From Candidatus Dormiibacterota bacterium (GTDB lineage Bacteria; Chloroflexota; Dormibacteria; CF-121): a stretch of DNA of 64,000 bases. Of this stretch, positions 8,932 to 16,788 are shown piece by piece. The DNA lies in assembly GCA_035936995.1 (NCBI GenBank), contig DASYVR010000025.1, forward strand, positions 7,920 to 71,919. The letters are read 5' to 3'. The position numbers and the translations under genes are program-made. The notes under the pieces are model-generated. The model searched no databases and was not told the DNA's origin. It saw nothing but the letters and a program-made list of their open reading frames with translations. How positions within the stretch are numbered: the first letter of the stretch is position 1; the number at the start of each line of letters is the position of its first letter.

Positions 8932-9780
8932 CTACTGAAAGATCACGGCCATGTTGTTGAAGTCGGCGAAGTTCGCCTCGAAGAGCGTCTTGCTGACCCA
9001 GTATTGACTGGCATTGAGGACATCGTTGACCCGCACCTGGGTTGGTGAAACCCCGCTCAGGGTCACCGAGTGCTCGGCGTATGAGTAGCGGACCTGGGTC
9101 CCATCCCAGGCGGTCCAGGTGCCGAGTGGAACCCGAGCGAATCGTGTCTCGATCCAGACTTGAACGGGATGGCCCGCCGCGAGTTCGGCGTAGATCTGGC
9201 TGGGCGCGAAGCCCTCCCCACCAGTGGCGTTGGGGAGGCCGTGCGTACGGGCCAGTCCCAGGATGACCGGCCAGTAGACGCCGAAGCCGGTGGGCGCCCA
9301 ATCGCTTCCGTTGACGTAGCCGACGAAATTCGTATAGGGATTGCCCCAGCGCAGCACCGTGTGGTTGGCGCCCATCACGGGGAGCCGGGTGTCCGCGTAC
9401 TCGAGGGCAAACAATTCTGCCTGGCTGACGAAGTGCCCGTAATAGGCGAGCCCCTGTTGCAGCGCGGCGGTCTCACAGTCGAGCACCATGCTCTGCTGAT
9501 AGACCGGCACCGGGATGGTGACCGTGGCTGGTGTGGGCGCCGGTGTCGGTGTCGGTGTGGGTGTTGGAGTAGGTGTTGGTGTCGCCGTCGGTGTTGCGGT
9601 GGCGGTGGCTGCGGCAGAGCCCCCACCCTGCCCTCCCCCAGAGGGGGAGGGGGAGCTGAGAATTTCGGCCGCCACCGTACGACTCAGCACTGCGCCGGCA
9701 AGAGCCACCCCGCCAACGGTCAGAAACTGTCGTCTCGTCGCAAACCCGGACCGCATGTCAACCATGCTGGGCGTCATCAC
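8932..9780 (-). CDS. secreted (Tat signal) C39-like cysteine peptidase domain protein with a (TP)n linker
   Basis: RRQFLTVGG twin-arginine signal. PVYQQS..DCETAAL..LAYYG and AEHSVTLSG resemble the Cys/His context of Peptidase_C39_2. The linker contains a type-A repeat copy. Confidence 0.6.
   Translation of the reverse strand: MMTPSMVDMRSGFATRRQFLTVGGVALAGAVLSRTVAAEILSSPSPSGGGQGGGSAAATATATPTATPTPTPTPTPTPTPAPTPATVTIPVPVYQQSMVLDCETAALQQGLAYYGHFVSQAELFALEYADTRLPVMGANHTVLRWGNPYTNFVGYVNGSDWAPTGFGVYWPVILGLARTHGLPNATGGEGFAPSQIYAELAAGHPVQVWIETRFARVPLGTWTAWDGTQVRYSYAEHSVTLSGVSPTQVRVNDVLNASQYWVSKTLFEANFADFNNMAVIFQ
9528..9610 (-). repeat. imperfect hexanucleotide tandem repeat (GGTGTN)n encoding the (T/A)P linker of the C39-like protein
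   Basis: ggtgtgggcgccggtgtcggtgtcggtgtgggtgttggagtaggtgttggtgtcgcc..., translated as ATATATPTATPTPTPTPTPTPTPAPTPATV. Confidence 0.8.
9620..9653 (+). repeat. type-A hairpin repeat, copy 1 (inside the C39-like gene; read on the minus strand as SPSPSGGGQGGGS)
   Basis: CCCCCACCCTGCCCTCCCCCAGAGGGGGAGGGGG. 9-bp stem CCCTCCCCC/GGGGGAGGG with loop AGA. Confidence 0.9.
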
Positions 9781-9872
9781 CTTTCGAAAACATGACGCGC
9801 GCCGTCACGGAATCGCAAGGTACGCAGGTCGATGATGAGCGCACATCAAAGAACCATCAGAGGTGAATCGTT

Positions 9873-10730
9873 ATGGTCGCTCATCAATATTTCGATAACA
9901 AGTTTCAACCGGCAGCGCCCGCGGCACCGCCGACCTCGCCACCGCCAAAACGGTTTCGGCGCGGGCTGCTGATCGCGGTCGTCGCTCTGGCCGTCACCGG
10001 CGGGGCCGGCTCAGGTGCCGCGGCGGCCGCGCTCATCGACCACGGCACGCCAACCGCGTCAGCCGGCACCGTTGCGGGGACAACCTCGACGGTGACGAGC
10101 TCGACCTCGACAGCGTCGTCGACAACGGCGGAATCCGTTTACAAGCAGGATTCACCCGGCGTCGTGACCATTACAAGTGCGGTGGGCGCCGGTCAGGCGA
10201 CCGGTTCCGGGATCGTGCTCGATACCAAGGGTGACATCCTGACCAACGCCCACGTGATCGCCGGAGCCCAGAACATGCAGGTCACCTTCAGCACTGGACA
10301 AACCGTCAGTGCGACGCTGGTTGGCTCCAACACGAGTGCCGACCTGGCGGTGATTCGGGTTTCGGTCGCCGCGTCTGTGCTGCATCCGCTCACGCTCGGC
10401 AACTCCGCCACGGCGCAGGTGGGTGACAGCGTGTACGCCATCGGTTCACCATTCGGCCTCTCCGGATCGCTGACCGAAGGCATCGTGTCGAACCTCAGTC
10501 AGAGCGCGGCGGCGTCCGCCGGTGGCACCGCCACCGATCTCATTCAGACCGACGCCGCGATCAATCCAGGAAATTCCGGCGGGCCACTGGTCAACGCCCA
10601 GGGCCAGGTGATCGGCATCAATAACTCGATCGAGAGCCCGGTTGACGGCAACGTTGGCGTCGGCTTCGCGATCCCGATCAACCAGGTCAAACAAGTCCTG
10701 TCATCGCTCGAAGGCGGTTCGAACGTATGA
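9873..10730 (+). CDS. membrane-anchored trypsin-like serine protease (S1C/HtrA-like, no PDZ)
   Basis: Catalytic triad contexts TNAHVI, DLAVIRV and GNSGGPL. N-terminal TM segment. Confidence 0.8.
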   Translation: MVAHQYFDNKFQPAAPAAPPTSPPPKRFRRGLLIAVVALAVTGGAGSGAAAAALIDHGTPTASAGTVAGTTSTVTSSTSTASSTTAESVYKQDSPGVVTITSAVGAGQATGSGIVLDTKGDILTNAHVIAGAQNMQVTFSTGQTVSATLVGSNTSADLAVIRVSVAASVLHPLTLGNSATAQVGDSVYAIGSPFGLSGSLTEGIVSNLSQSAAASAGGTATDLIQTDAAINPGNSGGPLVNAQGQVIGINNSIESPVDGNVGVGFAIPINQVKQVLSSLEGGSNV

Positions 10731-11119
10731 AAGCGCAACTACTACTGGTCCGCGATGGTTTGGAGGGTGCCGCTCCCTGGATGGCCCAGGTGTTGCGCGA
10801 TGCCGGCTTGAACGTTCGCACGACCTCGGCCGCCGCGCTGGCCGCCGCAATGCCGGCTGACGTCGTGCTGCTTCGGATCCCGGACCGCGACCCGGTGGCC
10901 ACCTGCTGGTCCCTTCACCGGCAGGGCCACCGCGCGGTCGTCGCCGCGAGCGGGTCACCGAGCAGCAAGGAGTGCATCAAAATGCTCAACGCCGGCGCCG
11001 ACTACTACCTCGACGCCTGGCTTCCACCCGCTGAGCTGGTCGCTCGGATACGAGTCGTGCTCCGTTTTTCCGCCTGGCTCGATGAATCAGCCGCCGTGGC
11101 GACCATGGCGCACCGGTAA
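10727..11119 (+). CDS. receiver-like (CheY fold) protein lacking the canonical phospho-acceptor Asp and conserved Lys
   Basis: ATGA overlap with the protease gene. REC-like pattern, but RDG replaces the DD pair, VVLLRIP replaces LLD, and YLDAW replaces the K position. Confidence 0.5.
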   Translation: MKAQLLLVRDGLEGAAPWMAQVLRDAGLNVRTTSAAALAAAMPADVVLLRIPDRDPVATCWSLHRQGHRAVVAASGSPSSKECIKMLNAGADYYLDAWLPPAELVARIRVVLRFSAWLDESAAVATMAHR

Positions 11120-11126
11120 GCACCCT

Positions 11127-11154
11127 GAGCGCGTCCTTATATAAGGATGCGCTC
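11127..11154. other. 28-bp near-perfect palindrome with an AT-rich centre (terminator or protein-binding site)
   Basis: GAGCGCGTCCTTAT|ATAAGGATGCGCTC, with one mismatch in the 14-nt arms. It starts 8 nt after the stop of the receiver-like gene. Confidence 0.4.
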
Positions 11155-11247
11155 ATCAATTCGTCATGGTTCTGAAAGGCAGGGTTGCCCATGCTCGATC
11201 CGGGTGGTGATCGGCCATCGCATTGCCGCCAGGGAGGTGATCAAGCA

Positions 11248-11508
11248 ATGAGCAACCTCGGATGGTTTCGGGGTCCGGTGGCCAAGATGGTGATGGGCCT
11301 CGGTGTTGGGCTTGCGGGCGGGTTCGGCACGTTCGTCGTCGCGCACGCGGCGACGTCACCGTCGCCCACCGTGACCCCGGATGTCGGCGCGTCACCGTCG
11401 ACCAGTGCGTCGCCGTCGACTAGCGCATCACCGTCCACCACGACGCCGCCGTCGACCACGCCGAGCCCCGGCAGTGGCTCGGGCACCATGAACTGCCCGA
11501 ACATGTAG
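11248..11508 (+). CDS. small secreted Ser/Pro/Thr-rich protein
   Basis: SD AGGGAGGTGA at 11231-11240. Signal-peptide-like N-terminus ending AHA-A. Three tandem ASPST(S/T) units. Track ORF 11185.. trimmed. Confidence 0.45.
   Translation: MSNLGWFRGPVAKMVMGLGVGLAGGFGTFVVAHAATSPSPTVTPDVGASPSTSASPSTSASPSTTTPPSTTPSPGSGSGTMNCPNM
11389..11442 (+). repeat. three tandem 18-nt units encoding ASPSTS/ASPSTS/ASPSTT
   Basis: gcgtcaccgtcgaccagt / gcgtcgccgtcgactagc / gcatcaccgtccaccacg. Confidence 0.8.
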
Positions 11509-11514
11509 GCGACC

Positions 11515-12777
11515 TTAGACGCGGCGGAGGCGGCGGGACTTAAGGTCTGATCGGGGCAATGAGCCCGCCGCCACCTGCCGGCACTCGATGCGAGCACCGA
11601 GCGCCAGGCGCAAGTCGTTCGCCAGCCCTGAGACGGCTGCCTCGCCGTCGTCGCCCTGGCACTCGCACAGGATGGTGACCTCGTCCATGCCACGGACCTG
11701 ACGGACCTCGATGCAGAACTCTCCGATGGCGGCATGTCTGCGAACCAGATCCTCGACCTGCGAGGGGTAGAGGTTTACACCCCGGACCGTGAACATGTCG
11801 TCGACCCGCCCGCGGATGCCACCGAGCATCTTCGCGAAGGGGCTGCCGCAGGAGCACGGCTCCCGCGTCAGCTCCACCCGGTCACCGGTCCGGTAGCGGA
11901 TCAGCGGCGATCCCCAGCGGCCGAGGTTCGTCGCCACCAACTCCCCGGTAATCGTTCCGGTGTCGGGTAACGAATGGACCGTGCCGGCATCGTCGCGTAC
12001 TTCGAAGACGAACTCCGACTCGATCAGGTGGACGCCGTCGCGGGCGTCGCACGAGACACCGGTCGGACCAAGCTCGGTCATCCCCGTATGGTCGAAGCAT
12101 TGCGCGCCGAACGATCGCTCGATCAGGTCGCGGGTCGCTGGAATGCTCGCACCAGGCTCCCCAGCGTGCACGGTGATCCGGATGTCGCTCGCCGCCAGAT
12201 CGATGCCTGCGGCTTGCGCTACCTCTGCCATCCGGATCGCATAGGTCGGCGTCGAGCAAAGGACTGTTGCGCGCAGCTCGAGCATGGTCAGCAGCCGCTG
12301 CTCGGTGGTCATGGCGCCGCCGGGGATGACGAGCGCCCCGAGTCGATCGGCACCGTCGAATGCGGACCAGAACCCAATGAAGGGGCCAAATGAGAAGGCG
12401 AAGAAGACGCGGTCGCTCGCCCCGACGCCAGCCGACCGGTAGACGTCCTCGGCCCAGATCCGGACCCACCAATCCCAGGACTCGGGGGTATCGAGCCAGC
12501 GCAGCGGCGTCGTGCCGCTCGTGCCTGACGTCTGGTGCAGCCGGCTGTAGCGGTCGATAGGGAAGGTGAGGTTGGTGCCAAACGGCGGATTCGCCTGCTG
12601 GTCGGCCGTGATCTCGTGTTTGGTGGTGAGCGGCAGCCGCTCGAAGTCGTCCCAGGTGGTGACGCGATGGAGCCGAGCCTGATAGAAGCGATTGCTCTGC
12701 AGCAATGACTCGATGCCGGCGCGTACCCGTTCGATCTGCGCCGCGCGGATGTCGGCGAGCCGGGTGCTCAGCGCCAT
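11515..12777 (-). CDS. phenylacetate-CoA ligase-like adenylate-forming enzyme (PaaK / F390 synthetase family)
   Basis: TSGTSGTTPL P-loop-like AMP motif. About 420 aa, with PaaK-type N- and C-domains. Confidence 0.8.
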   Translation of the reverse strand: MALSTRLADIRAAQIERVRAGIESLLQSNRFYQARLHRVTTWDDFERLPLTTKHEITADQQANPPFGTNLTFPIDRYSRLHQTSGTSGTTPLRWLDTPESWDWWVRIWAEDVYRSAGVGASDRVFFAFSFGPFIGFWSAFDGADRLGALVIPGGAMTTEQRLLTMLELRATVLCSTPTYAIRMAEVAQAAGIDLAASDIRITVHAGEPGASIPATRDLIERSFGAQCFDHTGMTELGPTGVSCDARDGVHLIESEFVFEVRDDAGTVHSLPDTGTITGELVATNLGRWGSPLIRYRTGDRVELTREPCSCGSPFAKMLGGIRGRVDDMFTVRGVNLYPSQVEDLVRRHAAIGEFCIEVRQVRGMDEVTILCECQGDDGEAAVSGLANDLRLALGARIECRQVAAGSLPRSDLKSRRLRRV

Positions 12778-12800
12778 CGACGTGAGATTATCGTCGCATC

Positions 12801-13529
12801 GTGACCGTCCTTCTGCCGGCCAGACCTGAGCCGATCGCGATCGCGCCGGAGCGGACCGCCGTCCTCCTGGTTGATATGCAGAACGCGTTTGCCAGCAAGG
12901 GCGGCATGCTTGACCTGGCGGGAATCGACGTGGGGCCGGCTCGGGACGCCGTCGCGAAGGCGCGGCTGCTGGCGGACGCGGCGCGTGACGCAGGCATCCC
13001 GGTCATTTACCTCGTCATCGGTTACCCGCCCGATCAATCGACCGCGGGCGGCGATGAGTCCCCGAACCCAAAGAAGGAGCTCGCGCTCTGCCTGATGCGA
13101 GAGCGTCCCGAGCTGCGGGGGAAATTGCTCACCTATGGCACCTGGGATTTCCAGATCGTCGAGCCGCTGCTCCCCGCGCCCAGTGACCTGGTGATCACGA
13201 AAGCGCGCTATAGCGGCTTCGTCGGCACGCCGCTGGACGCCGTGCTGCGCGGTCGTGGCATCCGTTACCTGCTCATGGCCGGCATCGCGTCGAACGTTTG
13301 CGTCGAGTCGACGCTGCGCGACGCCTACTTCCACGAGTACTGGCCTGTCATGATCGAGGACGCGACCATACCCGCCGGCCCGCCGGAGATCCAACAGGCG
13401 ACGGTCTACAATGTCACGACCTTCTTCGGCTGGGTCAGCACCGCGAAGGAGGTGGCTGGCGCTTTGCAAGACGCTAGAAGGGAAACGGCCTCCCCTGGCT
13501 CTGTACCGTCACCCAGCGCATCTCGGTGA
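12801..13529 (+). CDS. isochorismatase-family cysteine hydrolase, RutB-like (ureidoacrylate amidohydrolase-like)
   Basis: LLVDMQNAF, KARYSGF, GIASNVCVESTLRDA and TFFGWVS are collinear with my recollection of E. coli RutB. The 3' end overlaps the convergent ALDH gene by 56 nt. Confidence 0.8.
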   Translation: MTVLLPARPEPIAIAPERTAVLLVDMQNAFASKGGMLDLAGIDVGPARDAVAKARLLADAARDAGIPVIYLVIGYPPDQSTAGGDESPNPKKELALCLMRERPELRGKLLTYGTWDFQIVEPLLPAPSDLVITKARYSGFVGTPLDAVLRGRGIRYLLMAGIASNVCVESTLRDAYFHEYWPVMIEDATIPAGPPEIQQATVYNVTTFFGWVSTAKEVAGALQDARRETASPGSVPSPSASR

Positions 13530-14973
13530 ACTCGTGCATCGCCTCGCCACCGCCGAAGCGGCCGTAGCCGCTGTCCTTCACGCCGCCGAAAGGGACCTGC
13601 GGTTCGTCGTTGACCGGCTGGTCATTGATGTGGACGATGCCGGCCTCGATTCGCTCCGCTAGGGCCAGCCCGCGATCCGCGTCCCGCGTCAGGATGCCCG
13701 CCGCCAACCCATAGGTGGTCTGGTTCGCCACCCGAACGGCCTCGTCGGCGTCGTTGACGATGGTGATGGTGGCGACCGGCCCGAAAGTCTCCTCCTTGCT
13801 CATGGTGACGTCCGCCGGGACATCGATGATCAGCGTCGGCTCGTAGCAGGCGCCCTGCGCATTACCACCGGTCAATACCCTGGCCCCATGACTGACCGCC
13901 TCGTCGACGCGTGAGCGGACTTGCTCCAGCGCTTGCTTGTTGATCAGCGGACCGATGATCGTGTCCATCTCCTTCGGGCTGCCGACCTTGAGGCTCTTGG
14001 TCTTGGCGACGAGCTTCTCGATGAACTCTTGCGCAATCGGGCGCTCGACGATGATCTTGCGGGCGGACATGCAGATCTGGCCCTGGTGCAGGAAGCTGCC
14101 GAAGGCCGTCGCATTGACGGCGTACTCGAGATCGGCGTCGGCGAGCACGATCAATGGGTTCTGGCCACCGAGCTCGAGCACCATCCGCTTCAGGTAGCGG
14201 GCGGCTTTCTGCGCCAGGATGCGCCCCGTCTTCGTCGACCCGGTGAAGCTAATGCGTCGGACCTTTGGGCTTTCCATGAATTCATCGACGACGGGCTCCG
14301 CCTGGCCCGGCGCATGCGTTACGACGTTGAAGACCCCGGGCGGGAAACCGGCCTCCTCGAAGATCTCGGCGTAGAGCAGGCCGCCGGTGATCGGCGACTC
14401 TTCCGACGGTTTCAGCACGACGGTGTTGCCGAAGGCGAGCGGCGTGGCGATCGAGCGTAGCGAGAGGATGAGCGGCGCGTTCCAGGGCGCGAGCCCAGCG
14501 ACGACGCCGACGGGCTGGCGGATGCCCATGTAAAAGGCGCCCGGCAGGTCGGCCGGGATGATCTCGCCGACCGGCTGATAGACCAGGCCGGCAACCTGGC
14601 GGAGCAGGTTGGGCGTGAAGATCGTCTGGAACATGCCGAAGCCGAAGGTGCAGCCCGTCTCCGAGGCCAACAGGCCGACGACCTCCATCTGCCGGCGCTC
14701 GAGGATATCGGCCGCTTTCAGAAACAGGCGCTGCTTGGCGCCGGGCGGCGTCTTCCACCAGGCGGGAAAGGCCTTCGCTGCCGCCTCCACCGCGCGCTTC
14801 GCGTCCTCGCGTGTGGACGCGGGCACGGTCGCCATCGTCTCCCCGGTGTATGGGTCATGATCGGCATAGGTGGAGCCGTTGGACGCCGAGACCCACTTGC
14901 CATCGATGAACTGCCGGTATTCCTTCGGAGCGGTCTTCGCCGTCGCCTTCTCGTCGGATACGACTGTGCTCAT
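13474..14973 (-). CDS. NAD(P)+-dependent aldehyde dehydrogenase
   Basis: ALDH signatures FTGSTKTG, LELGGQNP, the catalytic Cys context GQICMSA and EETFGPV. Confidence 0.9.
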   Translation of the reverse strand: MSTVVSDEKATAKTAPKEYRQFIDGKWVSASNGSTYADHDPYTGETMATVPASTREDAKRAVEAAAKAFPAWWKTPPGAKQRLFLKAADILERRQMEVVGLLASETGCTFGFGMFQTIFTPNLLRQVAGLVYQPVGEIIPADLPGAFYMGIRQPVGVVAGLAPWNAPLILSLRSIATPLAFGNTVVLKPSEESPITGGLLYAEIFEEAGFPPGVFNVVTHAPGQAEPVVDEFMESPKVRRISFTGSTKTGRILAQKAARYLKRMVLELGGQNPLIVLADADLEYAVNATAFGSFLHQGQICMSARKIIVERPIAQEFIEKLVAKTKSLKVGSPKEMDTIIGPLINKQALEQVRSRVDEAVSHGARVLTGGNAQGACYEPTLIIDVPADVTMSKEETFGPVATITIVNDADEAVRVANQTTYGLAAGILTRDADRGLALAERIEAGIVHINDQPVNDEPQVPFGGVKDSGYGRFGGGEAMHEFTEMRWVTVQSQGRPFPF

Positions 14974-14996
14974 CGCGCCTCCTCCTCACGCGGGAA

Positions 14997-15023
14997 ATCC
15001 CGCGACCCTAACGTCTCGATTGT
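14997..15023 (+). repeat. type-B hairpin repeat (intergenic, between pobA and the ALDH gene)
   Basis: CACGCGGGAAATCCCGCGACCCTAACG. Stem CGCGGGA/TCCCGCG followed by the ACCCTAAC module. Confidence 0.85.
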
Positions 15024-15038
15024 TCAGCCTAGCATCGG

Positions 15039-16229
15039 CTAGGCGCGTTCGAAACCGACGTAGTTTTCCGCCAGGGTCGTCGCCGCCGCCTGAGACGTCG
15101 TGATGTAGCGCAGGTAGGAGAGTCGCAGCTTGTGCTCGAAGGGATCGCCTGCCGGGTCGCGATGGAGCAGCGCCGTCATCCACGCCGAGAAGTGCTCGGC
15201 GCGCCAAACCCGCCGCAGGCACAGGCCCGAGTAGCGGTCGAGCAGGTCATGCGACTTCGATCGATACCATGCCGTTAGAGCCTCCGCGAGCACCTTGACG
15301 TCGGCGAGCGCGAGGTTCATGCCCTTGGCCCCAGTCGCCGGGACGATGTGGGCGGCATCGCCGGCGAGGAAGAGGCGGCCGCGCTGCATCGGCTCTGTGA
15401 CCATGCTTCGCATGGGCGTGATGCCGTCCTCGATGATCTCACCGGGTTGGAGCTTCGGCTCAGCGAGGCGAAGGCGGAGCTCGTTCCAGATTCGCTGTTC
15501 CGGCCAGGCGTCCATCGTCTCGTCGGCGTCGACCTGGAGGTAGAGGCGACTGATCTCGGGCGATCGCATGCTGTGCAGCGCGAAGCCGCGCTCGTGGTAC
15601 GCGTATACGAGCTCGTCGGAAGCCGGCGGCGTGTTCGCCAGGATGCCGAGCCACGCAAAGGGGTAGGTCCGCTCGTAGACGCGTGGGCCTCCACCCTGAC
15701 CCACTCTCGCAAGCGGGGGAGGGAATGAAATAGCGGCGCGGGCGATGCCGTGCGAGCCGTCGCAGCCCGCCACGAACTCGCATTGGAGGGTTGCCGGTTC
15801 GCCGTTGCGGCGGTAGGCGATGCGGGGATGGTCATCCTCGATACCTTCGATGGCCGTTGCCTCGGCCTCGAACCAGATCTGACCGCCGTCCGCAAGGCGT
15901 TGCTGGATCAGATCCTTGACGACCTCCTGCTGGCCGTAGACGGTGATGCCCTTGCCGGTCAGCTGTCGGAAGTCGATGCGGTGCTCCTCCCCGGCGAAGC
16001 GAAGCTTGATGCCATCGTGCACGAGGCCCTCGCGGGTCATGCGGCCACCGACGCCGCTCGATGTCAGCAGATCTGCCGATCCCTGTTCGAGCACCCCGGC
16101 GCGGATCCGCCGCTCGACGTACTCTCGGCTGCGCGTTTCCAGCACGACGGATTCGATGCCCTGACGGTGCAGGAGATGGGAGAGCATGAGCCCGGCCGGG
16201 CCCGCCCCGATGATGCCGACGTGGGTCAT
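15039..16229 (-). CDS. pobA: 4-hydroxybenzoate 3-monooxygenase
   Basis: Collinear with Pseudomonas PobA as I recall it (GIIGAGPAGL, RIRAGVLEQG, CDGSHGI, LFLAGDAAHIVPATGAKGMNLA, ENYVG). Carries a repeat-derived insertion of about 10 aa. Confidence 0.9.
   Translation of the reverse strand: MTHVGIIGAGPAGLMLSHLLHRQGIESVVLETRSREYVERRIRAGVLEQGSADLLTSSGVGGRMTREGLVHDGIKLRFAGEEHRIDFRQLTGKGITVYGQQEVVKDLIQQRLADGGQIWFEAEATAIEGIEDDHPRIAYRRNGEPATLQCEFVAGCDGSHGIARAAISFPPPLARVGQGGGPRVYERTYPFAWLGILANTPPASDELVYAYHERGFALHSMRSPEISRLYLQVDADETMDAWPEQRIWNELRLRLAEPKLQPGEIIEDGITPMRSMVTEPMQRGRLFLAGDAAHIVPATGAKGMNLALADVKVLAEALTAWYRSKSHDLLDRYSGLCLRRVWRAEHFSAWMTALLHRDPAGDPFEHKLRLSYLRYITTSQAAATTLAENYVGFERA
15688..15723 (+). 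repeat. type-A repeat, degenerate copy inside pobA
   Basis: CCTCCACCCTGACCCACTCTCGCAAGCGGGGGAGGG. It keeps the CCACCCTGACC flank and the GGGGGAGGG arm; the left arm has decayed. Confidence 0.7.
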
Positions 16230-16720
16230 CCGGCGTCGGCATGTTCGACGTTGCGCCCGCCCGGATCTGCCTGGCGCTCCTTCCTCAGGCTTTCATCAGC
16301 GTCCACCACCAGGTTCAGCATGCGGAGCAATTCGGCCTGCTCGCACTCCGATAGCACCGACACGAGCAGCCGGTTCATGCGAGCTGCCTTTGGAATCAGG
16401 CGGTCGGTGATGCGCAGGCCGAGCGGTGTCAGGCGGAGGAGGTTGCGTCGGGCGTCCCGCGGATCGCGAAAGCGCTGTACCAGGCCGCGGGCGGTGAGCC
16501 GGGCGGCGACTTCGGCCGTGGTCGAGCGGTCGAGCGAGACCCTTTCGCCGAGCGTCTTCTGGTCGATGTTCTTTTCCGCCCGGAGCGCGTACAGCACCGC
16601 GAACTGGGGCGAGGTCACCTCGGGCGAGACCTCGGCGTTCCAGAGCCAGTAATGGACCTGCTGGGCGCGACGGATCAGGTGACCGGGATGGCGGCGCAGG
16701 TCTTCATGCGAGGTTGACAT
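16226..16720 (-). CDS. MarR-family transcriptional regulator (candidate PcaV-like regulator of the pob/pca genes)
   Basis: wHTH pattern (TSPQFAVLYAL ... QKTLGERVSLDRSTTAEVAARLTARGLV). ATGA overlap with pobA. Divergent from the pca operon. Confidence 0.85.
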   Translation of the reverse strand: MSTSHEDLRRHPGHLIRRAQQVHYWLWNAEVSPEVTSPQFAVLYALRAEKNIDQKTLGERVSLDRSTTAEVAARLTARGLVQRFRDPRDARRNLLRLTPLGLRITDRLIPKAARMNRLLVSVLSECEQAELLRMLNLVVDADESLRKERQADPGGRNVEHADAG

Positions 16721-16788
16721 GGGCCGGTTCTAAAACTATAGTCCGTGTACTGACGAATTTGAACCCCTTACAGGGAGGAGAAGCGGAC
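16721..16788. promoter_or_regulatory. divergent promoter/operator region between marR-pobA and the ABC-pca operon
   Basis: The only non-coding gap in the locus and locally AT-rich. Contains the 8-bp palindrome ACTATAGT (16735-16742) and the SD GGGAGGAG (16773-16780). Confidence 0.35.

Noticed and set aside
8932-11508. C39-like peptidase plus the small secreted peptide as a double-glycine bacteriocin/RiPP processing pair
   Set aside because: The C39-like protein is a stand-alone Tat-secreted enzyme, not the N-terminal domain of an ABC exporter. The small protein has a classical signal-peptide-like N-terminus rather than a double-glycine leader. The genes are separated by two unrelated genes and are not co-oriented.
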